Positions 9,371-19,739 of a DNA stretch of 64,000 nt are shown in pieces. The stretch spans positions 3,360,001 through 3,424,000 of the forward strand of contig NZ_JAQNDL010000001.1 in the NCBI RefSeq assembly GCF_028368995.1. The letters are read 5' to 3'. This stretch comes from Nannocystis bainbridge. GTDB lineage: Bacteria; Myxococcota_A; Polyangia; Nannocystales; Nannocystaceae. Numbering within the stretch: position 1 is the first letter of the stretch; every line of letters begins with the position of its first letter. The position numbers and the translations under genes were made by a program. The notes beneath the pieces were generated by a model. The model saw nothing but the letters and a program-made list of their open reading frames with translations, ran no database searches and had not been told where the DNA came from.

Positions 9371-10261
9371 TTAATCGATCGTCGCCGACCCCTCCGGCGA
9401 TGCAGCCACCGGGCACGCCGCGCGGACCCGCTCGCGGTAGGCCGAGCGCGGGTAGGCGCGCACGAACGCCTGCTGCGCGCGCTCACCTCGCTCGCGCTCG
9501 CCGGTGCCGCACAGCCCCACCACGCGCAGCGCCTCGCGCTCCTCGACCAGGCTGCCGCGCGCGAACTCCCGCGCGTGCGCCTCGATCGCCGCCAGCGCTT
9601 CGCCAGGCCGATCGGCGTCGAGGGCGTCCTTGATCCGCTGGATCAACATCAATTCCTCGAGCACCGGATCGCCCTGCTCCCCGCGGGCCGGCGGGTGGTC
9701 CGCCGCGACGGGCCGCCTGTCCCGCGCCGACCGCCGCGGCGCCGGATCCGCCAATCCTGCGGCCTGCTGCTCGCGCGAGTCACCCGCGGCCTGCTGCTCG
9801 CGCGAGTCACCCGCGGCCCGCTCGCCCGAGTCACGCGCGGCCTGCTCGCTCGAGTCACTCGCGGCCTGCTGCTCGCTCGAGTCACTCGCGGCCCGCTCGC
9901 CCGAGTCACTCGCGGCCCGCACGTGCTGCTCGTTCGCCATCGGTGCGACGACCCCCTGCGCTGGCTCGGAGCGCTGCGGATCCATCAACATATCGGCGGG
10001 CCCGCGCGCCGCCTGATGCCGCGCGCCGACCAGCCAATAGGAGGACGTGCCGATCAACGCCAACGCCGCCGCGACCGCCAACCATCCAGATCGAATCGTA
10101 CGACCACGCCGTGCCGGCGGGCGCAGCGGGATCACCGTGGCCGAGCGCTCCGCCGCCGCTGCCATCAAGGCTGCGGCCATGCGCTCGCGGGCCGCCTCGG
10201 CCGGGCGCTCGCGGTCGCGATACGCGGCGACGAGCTCGGGCGTGGTCCATTCGTCGCTCAT
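9371..10261 (-). CDS. Putative anti-sigma factor (TM helix plus C-terminal TPR-like helices)
   Basis: Coupled to the ECF sigma by an ATGA overlap; TM segment; myxobacterial C-terminus ALAAIEAHAREF..EEREALRV..AYPRS. Confidence 0.75.
   Translation of the reverse strand: MSDEWTTPELVAAYRDRERPAEAARERMAAALMAAAAERSATVIPLRPPARRGRTIRSGWLAVAAALALIGTSSYWLVGARHQAARGPADMLMDPQRSEPAQGVVAPMANEQHVRAASDSGERAASDSSEQQAASDSSEQAARDSGERAAGDSREQQAAGDSREQQAAGLADPAPRRSARDRRPVAADHPPARGEQGDPVLEELMLIQRIKDALDADRPGEALAAIEAHAREFARGSLVEEREALRVVGLCGTGERERGERAQQAFVRAYPRSAYRERVRAACPVAASPEGSATID
9757..9918. repeat. Coding tandem repeat (24-27 bp units, about 6 copies)
   Basis: gcggcc(tgc)tgctcgcNcgagtcacNc units encoding RAASDSGE / QQAASDSSE. 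Confidence 0.85.
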
Positions 10262-10830
10262 GCGGGCCTCCGTTGGTCGCGCGCGTGCAGCCGCAGCCGG
10301 AATCGCTCGAGTTTGGCCCGCGCCGCGCGCAGCCGCGAATACACCGTGCCCAGCGGGACCGCCAGCGCCTCGGCGATCTCTTCGGCGGTCATCTCCTCGA
10401 TCTCCGTCATCTGAAACACCAGGCGCTTCTCGAGATCGAGCTCGTCGAGGAACGCCTGCATCAATTCGGCCGCCTGGTGCACCCGCACCGTCGCGTCGGG
10501 CTCGCGCGGCGTCGCCTGCGGCTCCGGCAACGCCGCCAGCCGGCGCTCGCGGCGGGCGTAGCTGCGCTTGTCGTGCAACACCAGGTTGCGGGTGATGCCG
10601 AACAGCCACGCCCGCACCGACGACCCCGGCCGGAATGTCGCCAGTCGGTGGTGCACGCAGAGGAACACCTCCTGCGTGACGTCCTCCGCGGCGTCGGCGG
10701 GGATCCCCAGGCTCCGCGCGATCCGCCACACGTAGTCCACGTGCGCGCGATAGATCTCCATCAGCGCCGGCGCGCGCGCCTCTGCCGACTCGGGCGCGTC
10801 GGCGGCAGGCGGCTCGGCCAGGGGCATCAT
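10258..10830 (-). CDS. ECF-family RNA polymerase sigma factor
   Basis: AEDVTQEVF, VRAWLFGITRN, EIAEALAVPLGTVYSRLRAAR. Confidence 0.95.
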   Translation of the reverse strand: MMPLAEPPAADAPESAEARAPALMEIYRAHVDYVWRIARSLGIPADAAEDVTQEVFLCVHHRLATFRPGSSVRAWLFGITRNLVLHDKRSYARRERRLAALPEPQATPREPDATVRVHQAAELMQAFLDELDLEKRLVFQMTEIEEMTAEEIAEALAVPLGTVYSRLRAARAKLERFRLRLHARDQRRPA

Positions 10831-10939
10831 GCGCGCCTGCTTTCCCGCCGGCCGGCGCTGCCATTAATATAATTATAAATATAAATGAGAATGCAGCGCG
10901 ACCTCGCGCAGGCGCGGCGCTCTGTCCTCGCCTTCCTCT

Positions 10940-12205
10940 TCAAAAGAGGCGGGCCTCCAGCTGCAGCCCGGCGCGCATGCCCACGGCGCCGAGGCGGAAG
11001 ATCGGCTCGCGGTTGTAGAGGAGGTTCGGCCGGTGCAGCGGCACCACCAGCTCCGCGTGGACCTGCAGCGCTCCGCGGCCTCGCAGCGCCCGCGGGGCCC
11101 AGGCCAGCGCCCCGCCGACCAGCGCCCCGCCCCACCAGGTTCTCCTCTCGAGATCGACCTCGCTGCCGAACCCCGCCGCCCGCAGCGCCCCGAACTCGAG
11201 GCCGAGCCCCGCCTGCAGCTCGACCGGCCCGACCCGCCGCACTGGCCCCGCCCGCAGCGACGCGACGTGCAGCGACAGGTCGGCGCCGATCTGCCGCTCC
11301 TCGGCCCAGCGCGCCGGGCTGCGAAACCACCGCGCGTAGCCCAGCGCCACCCGCAGCCGCGGCCACGCCACGCCCACCGCCGCCGTCAGCCCCGCCGTCG
11401 CCCGCGGCAGCACACCCACCGCCAGCGCCGGCCCGACGTGCACGAAGGCGCGCACCCGCACCGCCGCCGAACGCGGCCCACCGTCGGCCCCGCGCTCACT
11501 CCCCTGCCCCGCGCGCCCGTGCCCATCGCTCTCCGTCGCGCCGTCAGCCCCCGCCTCGCGCCCGCCCGTCGCTGCACCTGCCGCGCGCTCGCGCCCCCTC
11601 GCCTCGAACCCCGCCGCGCGCTCGCGCCCGCCCGATTCGCCCACGCCCATCCCCGCCGCATCCTCGCGCCCATAGCTCGCCCTCTCGTCCCCCTGCGCCG
11701 CGCGCCCGCGCCCCTCGCTCCCTGCGCCGCCGTCCCCCGCTGCGCGCCCGCGCCCCTCGTCTCCCGCCTCGCCCTCCCCCTCCCCCTCGCGCACCGGCAC
11801 CGGCACCGCTTGCGGCATGCCCTCCGGCCCCGCGGGCGGCCCCACCAACGCGATGCCGACCAGCAGCGCCGTCGCGTTCGCCGTCGCCTCGCAGTCGTGA
11901 AGCGTCAGCCGGCGCTCCGTCGCCCCGTCGCGGCCCGAGAACACCACCACCAGCAGCCAGCCCGCGCCCTGCTTCTCGACCCGCGCGCGCACGGCCGTCA
12001 CCGCGGGCGACACCGGCCGCGCGCCCACCACCTCGCCGATCCGCCGCGCCACCCGCTCCGCCGAGGGGCAGCCCGCCGGCGCCTCCCAGCCGATCGTCGG
12101 CATCGCCACCGCCCGCGCCGGCAGCAGCCCGAGCAGCCCGGCCAGCGCCGCGATCCGGCCGCGACGCGCGCGATCACGACTCCTGGGCTGCTGCGGGCTG
12201 CGCAC
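10940..12205 (-). CDS. Myxobacterial ECF-locus-associated outer-membrane-like hypothetical protein
   Basis: WEAPAGCPS..ERRLTLHDC motif, low-complexity linker, beta-strand C-terminus ending in F. Start uncertain. Confidence 0.6.
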   Translation of the reverse strand: MRSPQQPRSRDRARRGRIAALAGLLGLLPARAVAMPTIGWEAPAGCPSAERVARRIGEVVGARPVSPAVTAVRARVEKQGAGWLLVVVFSGRDGATERRLTLHDCEATANATALLVGIALVGPPAGPEGMPQAVPVPVREGEGEGEAGDEGRGRAAGDGGAGSEGRGRAAQGDERASYGREDAAGMGVGESGGRERAAGFEARGRERAAGAATGGREAGADGATESDGHGRAGQGSERGADGGPRSAAVRVRAFVHVGPALAVGVLPRATAGLTAAVGVAWPRLRVALGYARWFRSPARWAEERQIGADLSLHVASLRAGPVRRVGPVELQAGLGLEFGALRAAGFGSEVDLERRTWWGGALVGGALAWAPRALRGRGALQVHAELVVPLHRPNLLYNREPIFRLGAVGMRAGLQLEARLF

Positions 12206-12629
12206 GCTCGTCCGCGGTGTACCACCTGCGCCGGGCCAGCGCCCGGCGCCGAGTCGCGACGCGCGCCCGAGAATCACCGCATCCGCCGACACCCCGCGCA
12301 TGTCGCCCGGCGACCCGCGAATCATGGCACTCGCGACCGGCGACAAAAGCGAAGACCATCGATTTCCGACTCACGCCAATCGAGCCTATCGCCATACCGA
12401 TCATCTCGCCCGATTCGAGCGCACCGCCGATCCGCGACCCCGATAGCTCCACCATGACGTGAAGCCTCCCCGCGCGCGCATTCGCGCCAATTGCGCCGCC
12501 GTCGTCCGCAAGCTCGCGCCGATCTCGCGGCGCAGCGAGCCCTGCCGCTCGCGACTGCCCGCGCGCTCGCCTCCTCGTCCGCGCATTGACAGGCTCGGCG
12601 CGTGTGCCACGAGTTCCGCGGAGAAGACC

Positions 12630-13511
12630 ATGGCCAACGCATCGAAGCGCGACGAGAAGACCGAACAGCGGCCGGAGCAGACCCAGAAGCCGCCGGGCAA
12701 GGAGTCCGCCATGGACCCGCGGCCCAAGTTCCGCCGGCCCGAGTACCGCGGCAGCGGCAAGCTCGAGGGTCGCGTCGCGCTCGTCACGGGCGGCGACAGC
12801 GGCATCGGCCGCGCCACCGCCGTGCTGTTCGCCCGCGAGGGCGCCGACGTCGCCATCGTCTATTTGAGCGAGGACGCCGACGCCCGCGAGACCGCCGCCC
12901 AGGTCGAAAAAGAGGGCCGCGTCTGCCTGTCGATCCGCGGCGACATCGGCGACTCCAAGTTCTGCGACCACGTCGTCCGCCAGGTCACCGACCGCTTCGG
13001 TCGCCTCGACATCCTCGTCAACAACGCCGCCGAGCAGCACCCCCAGGACAAGCTCGAGGACATCGACGACGCCCAGCTCGAGAAGACCTTCCGCACCAAC
13101 ATCTTCTCGATGTTCTTCCTGACCCGGGCCGCGCTGCCGCACCTGCGCGAGCAAGACGGCGCCTGCGTCCTCAACACCACCTCCGTCACCGCCTACCGCG
13201 GCAGCGGCGGCCTGCTCGACTACAGCGCCACCAAGGGGGCGATCGTCGCCTTCACCCGCTCGCTCGCCGCCAACCTCGCCAAGGAGGGTATCCGCGTCAA
13301 TGCCGTCGCGCCTGGCCCGATCTGGACCCCGCTGATTCCTTCCACCTTCGAGCCCGAGAAGGTCGCCTCGTTCGGCAGCGACAGCCCGCTCGGCCGCGCC
13401 GGCGAGCCCGAGGAGTGCGCCACCTGCTTCGTCTTCCTCGCCAGCGCCGACGCCTCGTACATGACCGGCCAGGTTCTCCACCCGAATGGCGGCGCGATCG
13501 TCAACGGCTGA
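12630..13511 (+). CDS. SDR oxidoreductase (general stress protein YdaD/YhdF-like)
   Basis: YRGSGKLEG, TGGDSGIG, NNAA, YSATK, GQVLHPNGG. Confidence 0.95.
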   Translation: MANASKRDEKTEQRPEQTQKPPGKESAMDPRPKFRRPEYRGSGKLEGRVALVTGGDSGIGRATAVLFAREGADVAIVYLSEDADARETAAQVEKEGRVCLSIRGDIGDSKFCDHVVRQVTDRFGRLDILVNNAAEQHPQDKLEDIDDAQLEKTFRTNIFSMFFLTRAALPHLREQDGACVLNTTSVTAYRGSGGLLDYSATKGAIVAFTRSLAANLAKEGIRVNAVAPGPIWTPLIPSTFEPEKVASFGSDSPLGRAGEPEECATCFVFLASADASYMTGQVLHPNGGAIVNG

Positions 13512-13983
13512 GCGGCTCGCGGCTGCCCTCGCGCTCGCCTGCGCCTGCGGCCTGCCCCGCGATCCCGAGCGCACCGCCGAGCGCGTCGCCGCCCACGGCC
13601 TCCGCGTCGGCGTCGTGCTCGAAGCGCCGTGGGCCTGTCGGCTCGGCGTCGATTCGCTGGCCGGCGCCGAGGTCGAGCTCGTGCGTCGATTCGCCCGCAT
13701 GCGCGGCCTGGACATCACCTTCACGCGCGGCGGCGAGACCCGCCTGCTCGCCGCCCTGCGCCGCTTCGAGCTCGACCTCGTGATCGGCGGCCTGCTCGCC
13801 GACAGCCCTTACGCCGCCACCGTCGGCTTCACCCGCGGCTATCACGAGGCCGACGACGGTGACCACGTGCTGGCCGTCCCGCCGGGCGAGAACGCCTGGA
13901 CCATGCAGCTCGAGGCCTTCCTCGCCGGCGCCGACGTCGACGCCGCGCTCGCTCGCGGCCGGGCCGACTGCGAGGCCACGTGA
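13486..13983 (+). CDS. Substrate-binding-protein-like lipoprotein
   Basis: Lipobox ACAC; LRVGV..G.EVELV..ELDLVIGGL..PPGENAW; coupled to the CDF gene. Confidence 0.6.
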   Translation: MAARSSTAERLAAALALACACGLPRDPERTAERVAAHGLRVGVVLEAPWACRLGVDSLAGAEVELVRRFARMRGLDITFTRGGETRLLAALRRFELDLVIGGLLADSPYAATVGFTRGYHEADDGDHVLAVPPGENAWTMQLEAFLAGADVDAALARGRADCEAT

Positions 13984-14963
13984 GCGAGCGCTGGGACCGG
14001 ACCCCGGCGCACGAGCTCTCGCCCGCCCGCGAGCCGGCGATGCGCCGCGCCGTGCGGGTCGAGGTCGTCTCGCTGATTTATTTCGCCACCGCGATCGGCT
14101 TCACCGCCGTCGTCATGGGCGAGTCGCAGGCCATGAAGTCGGTGTGGATCGACGACATCCTCGGCGTGGTCCCGCCGATCGCCGTGTTGATCGCCGCTCG
14201 CCTGCGCCGGCGCGAGGCCACCGACGCCTACCGCTACGGCTATCACCGCGCCGTCACCATCGCCTTTTTGGTCGCCGCCGTGGCCCTCCTCGGCTTCGGC
14301 CTCTACCTGCTCGCCGAGGGCCTCTACACCCTCATCCGCGCCGAGCGGCCGACCATCGGCACCGTCACCGTGTTCGGCCGCGACCTCTGGCTCGGCTGGC
14401 TCATGCTCGCCGCCCTGGCCTGGAGCGCCGTGCCGACGCGGATCCTCGGGCGCATCAAGCTCCGCCTCGCCGAGGAGCTGCACGACAAGGCGCTCTACAC
14501 CGACGCCCTCATGAACAAGGCCGACTGGATGACCGGCGCCGCCGGCATCCTCGGCGTCATCGGCATCGGCCTCGGGCTGTGGTGGGCCGACGCCGCGGCC
14601 GCCTGCGCGATCGCCCTCGACATCACCCGCGACGGTGTCCGCAACCTCGCTGCCGCCTTCGCCGACCTCATGGACCGTCGCCCGCGCGACGTCGCCTGCC
14701 GCTGCGACGACCCCTTGCCCGAACGCATCACCGGCGCGTTGCTCGCCCTCCCGTGGGTCCGCAGCGCCTCCGTCCGCCTGCGCGAGCACGGCCACGTCCT
14801 CGTCGGCGAGGCCTTCGTCGTGCCCGCCGACGAGGCCGACCCGCTGGCGCGCACCCTACAAATCGGCGCCGTCGCCCGCGCCCTCGACTGGCGCCTCACC
14901 GACCTCACCGTCCAGCTCGTCCCCGCCTTGACCCGCGACGACGACGACGACTGCGAAGCCTGA
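13980..14963 (+). CDS. Cation diffusion facilitator family transporter
   Basis: Multiple TM helices; SQAMKSVWIDD, YGYHR, LHDKALYTDALMNKADW, VRLREHGH. Confidence 0.85.
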   Translation: MSERWDRTPAHELSPAREPAMRRAVRVEVVSLIYFATAIGFTAVVMGESQAMKSVWIDDILGVVPPIAVLIAARLRRREATDAYRYGYHRAVTIAFLVAAVALLGFGLYLLAEGLYTLIRAERPTIGTVTVFGRDLWLGWLMLAALAWSAVPTRILGRIKLRLAEELHDKALYTDALMNKADWMTGAAGILGVIGIGLGLWWADAAAACAIALDITRDGVRNLAAAFADLMDRRPRDVACRCDDPLPERITGALLALPWVRSASVRLREHGHVLVGEAFVVPADEADPLARTLQIGAVARALDWRLTDLTVQLVPALTRDDDDDCEA

Positions 14964-15117
14964 CCGCGCCTCGACATCGGCACGGGCCGCGAGCGCCATC
15001 CGGCGCGGCTTCTCCCGTCCCTGGCCAGCATCCCGCCGTTCCGTGGCGGCCCCCGTCGTGATTCGTCGGCCGCCGTGGCGCATGCAAGATTTCGCCGCAC
15101 CCGCCATCCTGACAAAC

Positions 15118-16740
15118 ATGCGTCGCGGCTCCCCGTTCGTCCTCGCCCTCGCCCTCGCCTGCGGCCCCGATACTGCCAGTGACAGCGAGACCGCCGGCAC
15201 CGGCGAGCCCGGCACCACCAGCGGCGGCGACAGCACCGACGGCCACGGCACCACCGACGACGGCACCACCGACGCCTCGCCGATGACGACGACCGCCGCC
15301 ACCACCACGACCGCCGCCACCACCACCGACCTCACCACCGACGACCCCGCCACCAGCACCACGGCCCCGCCCGTCGTGGAATGCACCGAGATCGCGCTCG
15401 CCGACCCGTTGCTCGAGCAGTACATGCGCCTGCGCCTCGAAGTCCCCGAGGGCCCGATCCCGGTCGACCTCGCCGCAGCGCTCGACAGCATCGGGGTCAG
15501 CAGCAAGGTCGCCTCGCTGGCCGGCATCGAGTGCTTCACCGGCCTCGTCGAGGTCACCTTCTACTCCTCCGACATCGCCGACCTCGGCCCGCTCGCCGGC
15601 CTCACCAACCTCACCCACCTGCAGGTCTCGAGCGCCCAGGTCACCGACCTGGCCCCTCTCGCCGGCCTCTTCCAGCTCGAATCCCTCAACATCTCCGGCA
15701 ACCCGATCGCCTCACTCGCCCCGCTCGCCGGCCTGCCGCTCAAGAGCCTGAGCGGCGCCGGCCTGCCGGGCCCCGACCTCACCGGCCTCGGGAAGATCGT
15801 CACGCTCGAAGAGCTCAACCTCGGCGGCGCCGCATTGACCGACCTCGGCGAGCTCGCCCCGCTCGTCAACCTCCAAACCCTCGCCCTCTACGCCAACGAC
15901 CTCACCGACATCTCGCCGCTCGCCGGCCTCACCACGCTGCAGCAGCTCAACCTGCAGGACAACAAGCTCGCCGACCTCGCCGCCCTCGCCGACATGGCCG
16001 CCCTGCAGCTCCTCGACCTGAGAAAGAACCTCGTCGCCGACCTCGCCCCGCTCGCCGACCTCGGCGCTCTCACCGTGCTCCGGGCCGAGAACAACCTCAT
16101 CGCCGACCTCGCCCCGCTCGCCGGCCTGACCGCGCTCGTCGACCTCGAGCTCTCGAACAACGAGATCGTCGACCTCACCCCGCTCGCCGGCCTTCACGCG
16201 CTCACCGACCTCGATCTCGACTTGAACCACATCGTCGAGGTCACCGCGCTCGCCTTGCCCGCGCTCACCGACCTCGACCTCTCCGACAACCAGATCGTCG
16301 ACCTCGCCCCGCTGCTCGGCGCGCCCGTGCTCGACAGTCTCGATGTCTCGCGCAACCCGTTCTCCCCCAGCCTGAACAGCCTGGCCTCGCACCCGGCGCT
16401 GCAGTCCGTCCTGGCCGACGACGCCGGTCTCTTCGCGGTGCCCGAGTTCGCCACCGCCGGGCTCTTCTACCTCTCCCTCGCGGGCAACGCGATCGTCGAC
16501 CTCGCCCCGCTGGCTGCCTATCAATCGCTCGGCTACATCGACCTCGCCGGCAACAGCATCACCGGCCTGGCGTCGATCCTCGACGACCCATGGCTCAGCA
16601 CATGCGACTCCGTCCGCATCGAGGGCAACCCGCTCGACGCCTTCACCCTCTCGACCACGGTCCCCCAGCTGTGCGAGTTCCCGGTCGACGTCCAGGTCAC
16701 CGGCCTCGACCCGTGCTGGGACTGCTTCGATCACAACTGA
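15118..16740 (+). CDS. Internalin-like leucine-rich repeat lipoprotein
   Basis: Lipobox ALAC, Thr-rich linker, many 22-aa LxxLxLxxNxIxDLxPLAGL repeats. Confidence 0.92.
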   Translation: MRRGSPFVLALALACGPDTASDSETAGTGEPGTTSGGDSTDGHGTTDDGTTDASPMTTTAATTTTAATTTDLTTDDPATSTTAPPVVECTEIALADPLLEQYMRLRLEVPEGPIPVDLAAALDSIGVSSKVASLAGIECFTGLVEVTFYSSDIADLGPLAGLTNLTHLQVSSAQVTDLAPLAGLFQLESLNISGNPIASLAPLAGLPLKSLSGAGLPGPDLTGLGKIVTLEELNLGGAALTDLGELAPLVNLQTLALYANDLTDISPLAGLTTLQQLNLQDNKLADLAALADMAALQLLDLRKNLVADLAPLADLGALTVLRAENNLIADLAPLAGLTALVDLELSNNEIVDLTPLAGLHALTDLDLDLNHIVEVTALALPALTDLDLSDNQIVDLAPLLGAPVLDSLDVSRNPFSPSLNSLASHPALQSVLADDAGLFAVPEFATAGLFYLSLAGNAIVDLAPLAAYQSLGYIDLAGNSITGLASILDDPWLSTCDSVRIEGNPLDAFTLSTTVPQLCEFPVDVQVTGLDPCWDCFDHN

Positions 16741-16744
16741 GCCC

Positions 16745-16995
16745 GCGCGCCGAAGATGACTTGGACCGCGCGCCTAGACCTTCCGTCGTCGTCGAGGTGC
16801 CGGGCTCCGTCGCACCTTCCGTCGTCGGTGCGTCGCCGGTGACCGGGGTCGTGTCGGATTCGGTTCCCGGCCCCGGCCCCGGGTTCGAATCGGTATAGAC
16901 TCCTGGGTCGCCTGCATGGGACAGCCCGTGGCTCCCACGAACGAGGTGATGAGTACGAGATGGAAATAGAGCTTCGCAGCACGTGTGGATGACAT
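16745..16995 (-). pseudogene. Frameshifted remnant of a Thr-rich lipoprotein gene
   Basis: Signal and lipobox (MSSTRAAKLYFHLVLITSFVGATGC) lie in one frame; the Thr-rich linker (GTESDTTPVTGDAPTTEGATEPGTSTTTEG) lies in another; no downstream domain follows. Confidence 0.45.
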
Positions 16996-17354
16996 CGAAC
17001 AGGTAATTTCCCGGCCGTCGCAATTTCGTGGGCGTCCGAAAATTCTTTCGGCGCACTTCGAAGCTCCGCTCGAACGACGCGCCCGGGGCCGCCTCGATGG
17101 ATAGCTCCTCGGCGGCGTTCGCCAGCCGGCGGGCGGGGTCGAATGCCAGACCGTCCCCGCCGCGCATCGCCGCAGCCCGCGCTGTCGACCGCACGGAATC
17201 GGCGGCCGAAGCCGTCCTCGTCCTTCGGCTGCGCCGGCTTCGCCGCGCTGGCGCGCTTTCGTCCGGGCTCGCGCTCCTCGGGCCCAACAATCACCGCACG
17301 CGGTCGTCGGGCGCGCCTGCTGAAGCGGCGAGAAAGAAGAGACAGGAGGTCAGC

Positions 17355-18314
17355 ATGTTCCGCGGCTTCGCACATGTCTGGACGATCGTCGGCCTCGCCC
17401 GGGACCTGAAGCGCCGCGCGCCGCTCCCGCTGCAGGTCGCCGAGGAACGGGTAGTGCTGTTCCGGGACGGAGAGGGGCGGGCCTGCGCGCTCGTCGATCG
17501 CTGCCCGCATCGTGGCGTGCGGCTGTCGCTCGGCAAGGTCGAGGGCGGATGCCTCGAGTGCCCGTTCCACGGCTGGCGCTTCGCTGGCGACGGTAGCAAC
17601 CAGCTCGTCCCGTGGAACCCGGACGCCAGGCGCGAGCGACTCGGCGCGACGCCGTTGCCCGTGCTAGAGCGCGGCGGGCTCCTGTGGTTGTACACGGCCC
17701 CCGGGCTCGCGGCGCCGTCGGAGCCCGACGTCCCCGACGTGCTGCAGCGCGACGGCCTCGCACTCAACAGCGTCACCATGCCGTTCGCCGTCCACTGGAC
17801 GCGCGTCATGGAAAACTCGCTCGACTGGCCGCACCTCCCGTTCGTCCACCGGCGGACGCTCCGCGACGCCCTGCCGCTCCGTCCCGGCTCGCGGCTCGAC
17901 ATCTCCTGGGAGGATCGGCCGTGGGGCGGTCGGACAGCGACCGCGATCGACGGCGTCGCCCAGCCGATCACCCTCGACTATCGCTTCCCCAACACGATGC
18001 ATCTGCACGTCCCCTCCGGCAGACGCATCTTCGAGCTGATCTTGAGCGTGCTCCCCGTCGACGACACGACCACCCACATGATCATGGTGACGATCCGCGA
18101 CTACCTGCGGTCGCGCCTGTTCGATCGCTACTTTGCCCTCGCCAGCCGGAAGATCGGCGGCGAGGATCGAGTCGTCATCGAGACCTCGCTGCCGCGAGAG
18201 GTCCCGCCCGTCGGCGAAGAGCGTTCGGTCCGCACCGACGAGCCGACCCTGCGGTTCCGCAAGCTCTACCGCGACCGCCTGATGGGCTCGTTCGCCGGCG
18301 AGTCGGATCGTTAG
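17355..18314 (+). CDS. Rieske [2Fe-2S] oxygenase (VanA-like aromatic ring-hydroxylating alpha subunit)
   Basis: CPHRG..CPFHGW Rieske motif, ENSLDWPHLPFVH iron site, AGGAGG RBS. Confidence 0.92.
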   Translation: MFRGFAHVWTIVGLARDLKRRAPLPLQVAEERVVLFRDGEGRACALVDRCPHRGVRLSLGKVEGGCLECPFHGWRFAGDGSNQLVPWNPDARRERLGATPLPVLERGGLLWLYTAPGLAAPSEPDVPDVLQRDGLALNSVTMPFAVHWTRVMENSLDWPHLPFVHRRTLRDALPLRPGSRLDISWEDRPWGGRTATAIDGVAQPITLDYRFPNTMHLHVPSGRRIFELILSVLPVDDTTTHMIMVTIRDYLRSRLFDRYFALASRKIGGEDRVVIETSLPREVPPVGEERSVRTDEPTLRFRKLYRDRLMGSFAGESDR

Positions 18315-19735
18315 GCGAACAGCCGCAGCAGCAGCGCGTCGAGCAGCGCTCGCAGCCCGCCCGGCTCGCCGACCGCGAAGCTCTCGCCGTCCAGCGCCCA
18401 GCGCGGCTCGCCGACCCGCACCCATGCTCGCGCGCCCGCGCGTGGATCCTCTTGATGGGCCGCGAACACCACCAGCCCGCGCGGCGGCGTCTCTTGCCAG
18501 TCGCTCACCGTCGCCAGCGTCACCCGTCGGTGCGCCAGCTCGTCGGCCAGCGTCATCGCCATCAGCCGCGCCTCCTCCTCGGCCGCCTCCGCGTCGGCCT
18601 TGCCGCTCGCGCGCCAGCGCAGGTGCAGCTCCGCCCCCGCCGGCCCGAACACCTGCATCATGTCAGCCTGCAGCCGCAGCACCGCCGCGTCGACCAGCAC
18701 CAGCGTCTGCGCGTCGAGCTCCGGGTGCTTGTGACGCTGGTCGAGCGGCCGCTCGACGACCACGGTCACGCGCCGCCGTTGATCGAACAGCGGGCTCTCA
18801 TCCCGGGTGTAGAACAGCAGCTCGCCCTGAGCGAACCGCACGTCGAAGAGATCGATCTCCCCCAATTCCTCGCGCCCCGAATCGACATACGCCACCTCGC
18901 TGCGCACCAGATTTTCAAACCGCCCGCGGGTGCTCAGCGCATCGAAGCCGCCGGCCGGGTAGTGGCTCGCGTCCTCCTCCTCGACCGCCACCTCCTGCGC
19001 CCGCCGGCGCACCGCCATCGCGATCCCCGGGCTCACCCCGCCGATCGCCGCCGTCGCCCGATGCAGCTCGCGCAGCGCCAGCCGGCTCGACTCGTTGGGA
19101 AGGTCGGCCAGATGCGCCAGCTCCCACAGGTCCTCCGGCGAGAACAGCTTGCCCTCGCCGAGCCGGCCCACGATCGCCGCCCGGATCGCCAGCGCCCAGC
19201 CGCGCCAGTTCGCATCGACCGGCGGCTCCTGCCACGCCCCGTGGCGCGCCGGCCACGACTCGACCAGCGCCAGCGCCTCGCGCCACGACGAGCGCAGGAT
19301 CGCCGGGTTGCCCGCGTCGAGCTCGGCGTCTCGCGCGGCTGTCCCGAGGGCCAGGCCGATCGCGTGCGCCAGCGCCCGCGGCTGCAGCTCGCCCGACAGC
19401 GCCGCGATCGCCACGTGCGCGTCGCCCACGCTCGCATCGAGCACCCACCTGCCGAGCACCCGATCCTCGTACGCCAGTCGCTCCGCTCGCTCCTCCTCCG
19501 GCCAGTCGGCCAGGTCGCGGCTCGACGCGAACGCGAACGCCCGGCCCTCCACCAGCAGCGTCCCGAGGTCGTGCACGAGGTCGAGCGGCAGCGCGTCGTG
19601 GCCCTCCTCCCACAGCGCGCGCAGCCAGCCGAGCGCCGGCGGCAGCGACTCTGCCCGCGAGCCGCCGTAGCCGCTCACGTAGGCCCACGCCTTCAGCGCC
19701 GGCAGCAGTTCTTCGCGGCTCAGTCGCCGGCCCAC
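18311..19735 (-). CDS. Divergent vWA-associated partner of MoxR (ternary-system component)
   Basis: Directly follows MoxR. YPAGGF..RGRFENLVRSE..LFDVRFAQGELLFYTRDE resembles the pre-vWA segment of MoxR partner proteins; MIDAS not evident. Confidence 0.6.
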   Translation of the reverse strand: MGRRLSREELLPALKAWAYVSGYGGSRAESLPPALGWLRALWEEGHDALPLDLVHDLGTLLVEGRAFAFASSRDLADWPEEERAERLAYEDRVLGRWVLDASVGDAHVAIAALSGELQPRALAHAIGLALGTAARDAELDAGNPAILRSSWREALALVESWPARHGAWQEPPVDANWRGWALAIRAAIVGRLGEGKLFSPEDLWELAHLADLPNESSRLALRELHRATAAIGGVSPGIAMAVRRRAQEVAVEEEDASHYPAGGFDALSTRGRFENLVRSEVAYVDSGREELGEIDLFDVRFAQGELLFYTRDESPLFDQRRRVTVVVERPLDQRHKHPELDAQTLVLVDAAVLRLQADMMQVFGPAGAELHLRWRASGKADAEAAEEEARLMAMTLADELAHRRVTLATVSDWQETPPRGLVVFAAHQEDPRAGARAWVRVGEPRWALDGESFAVGEPGGLRALLDALLLRLFA

Positions 19736-19739
19736 GCCG

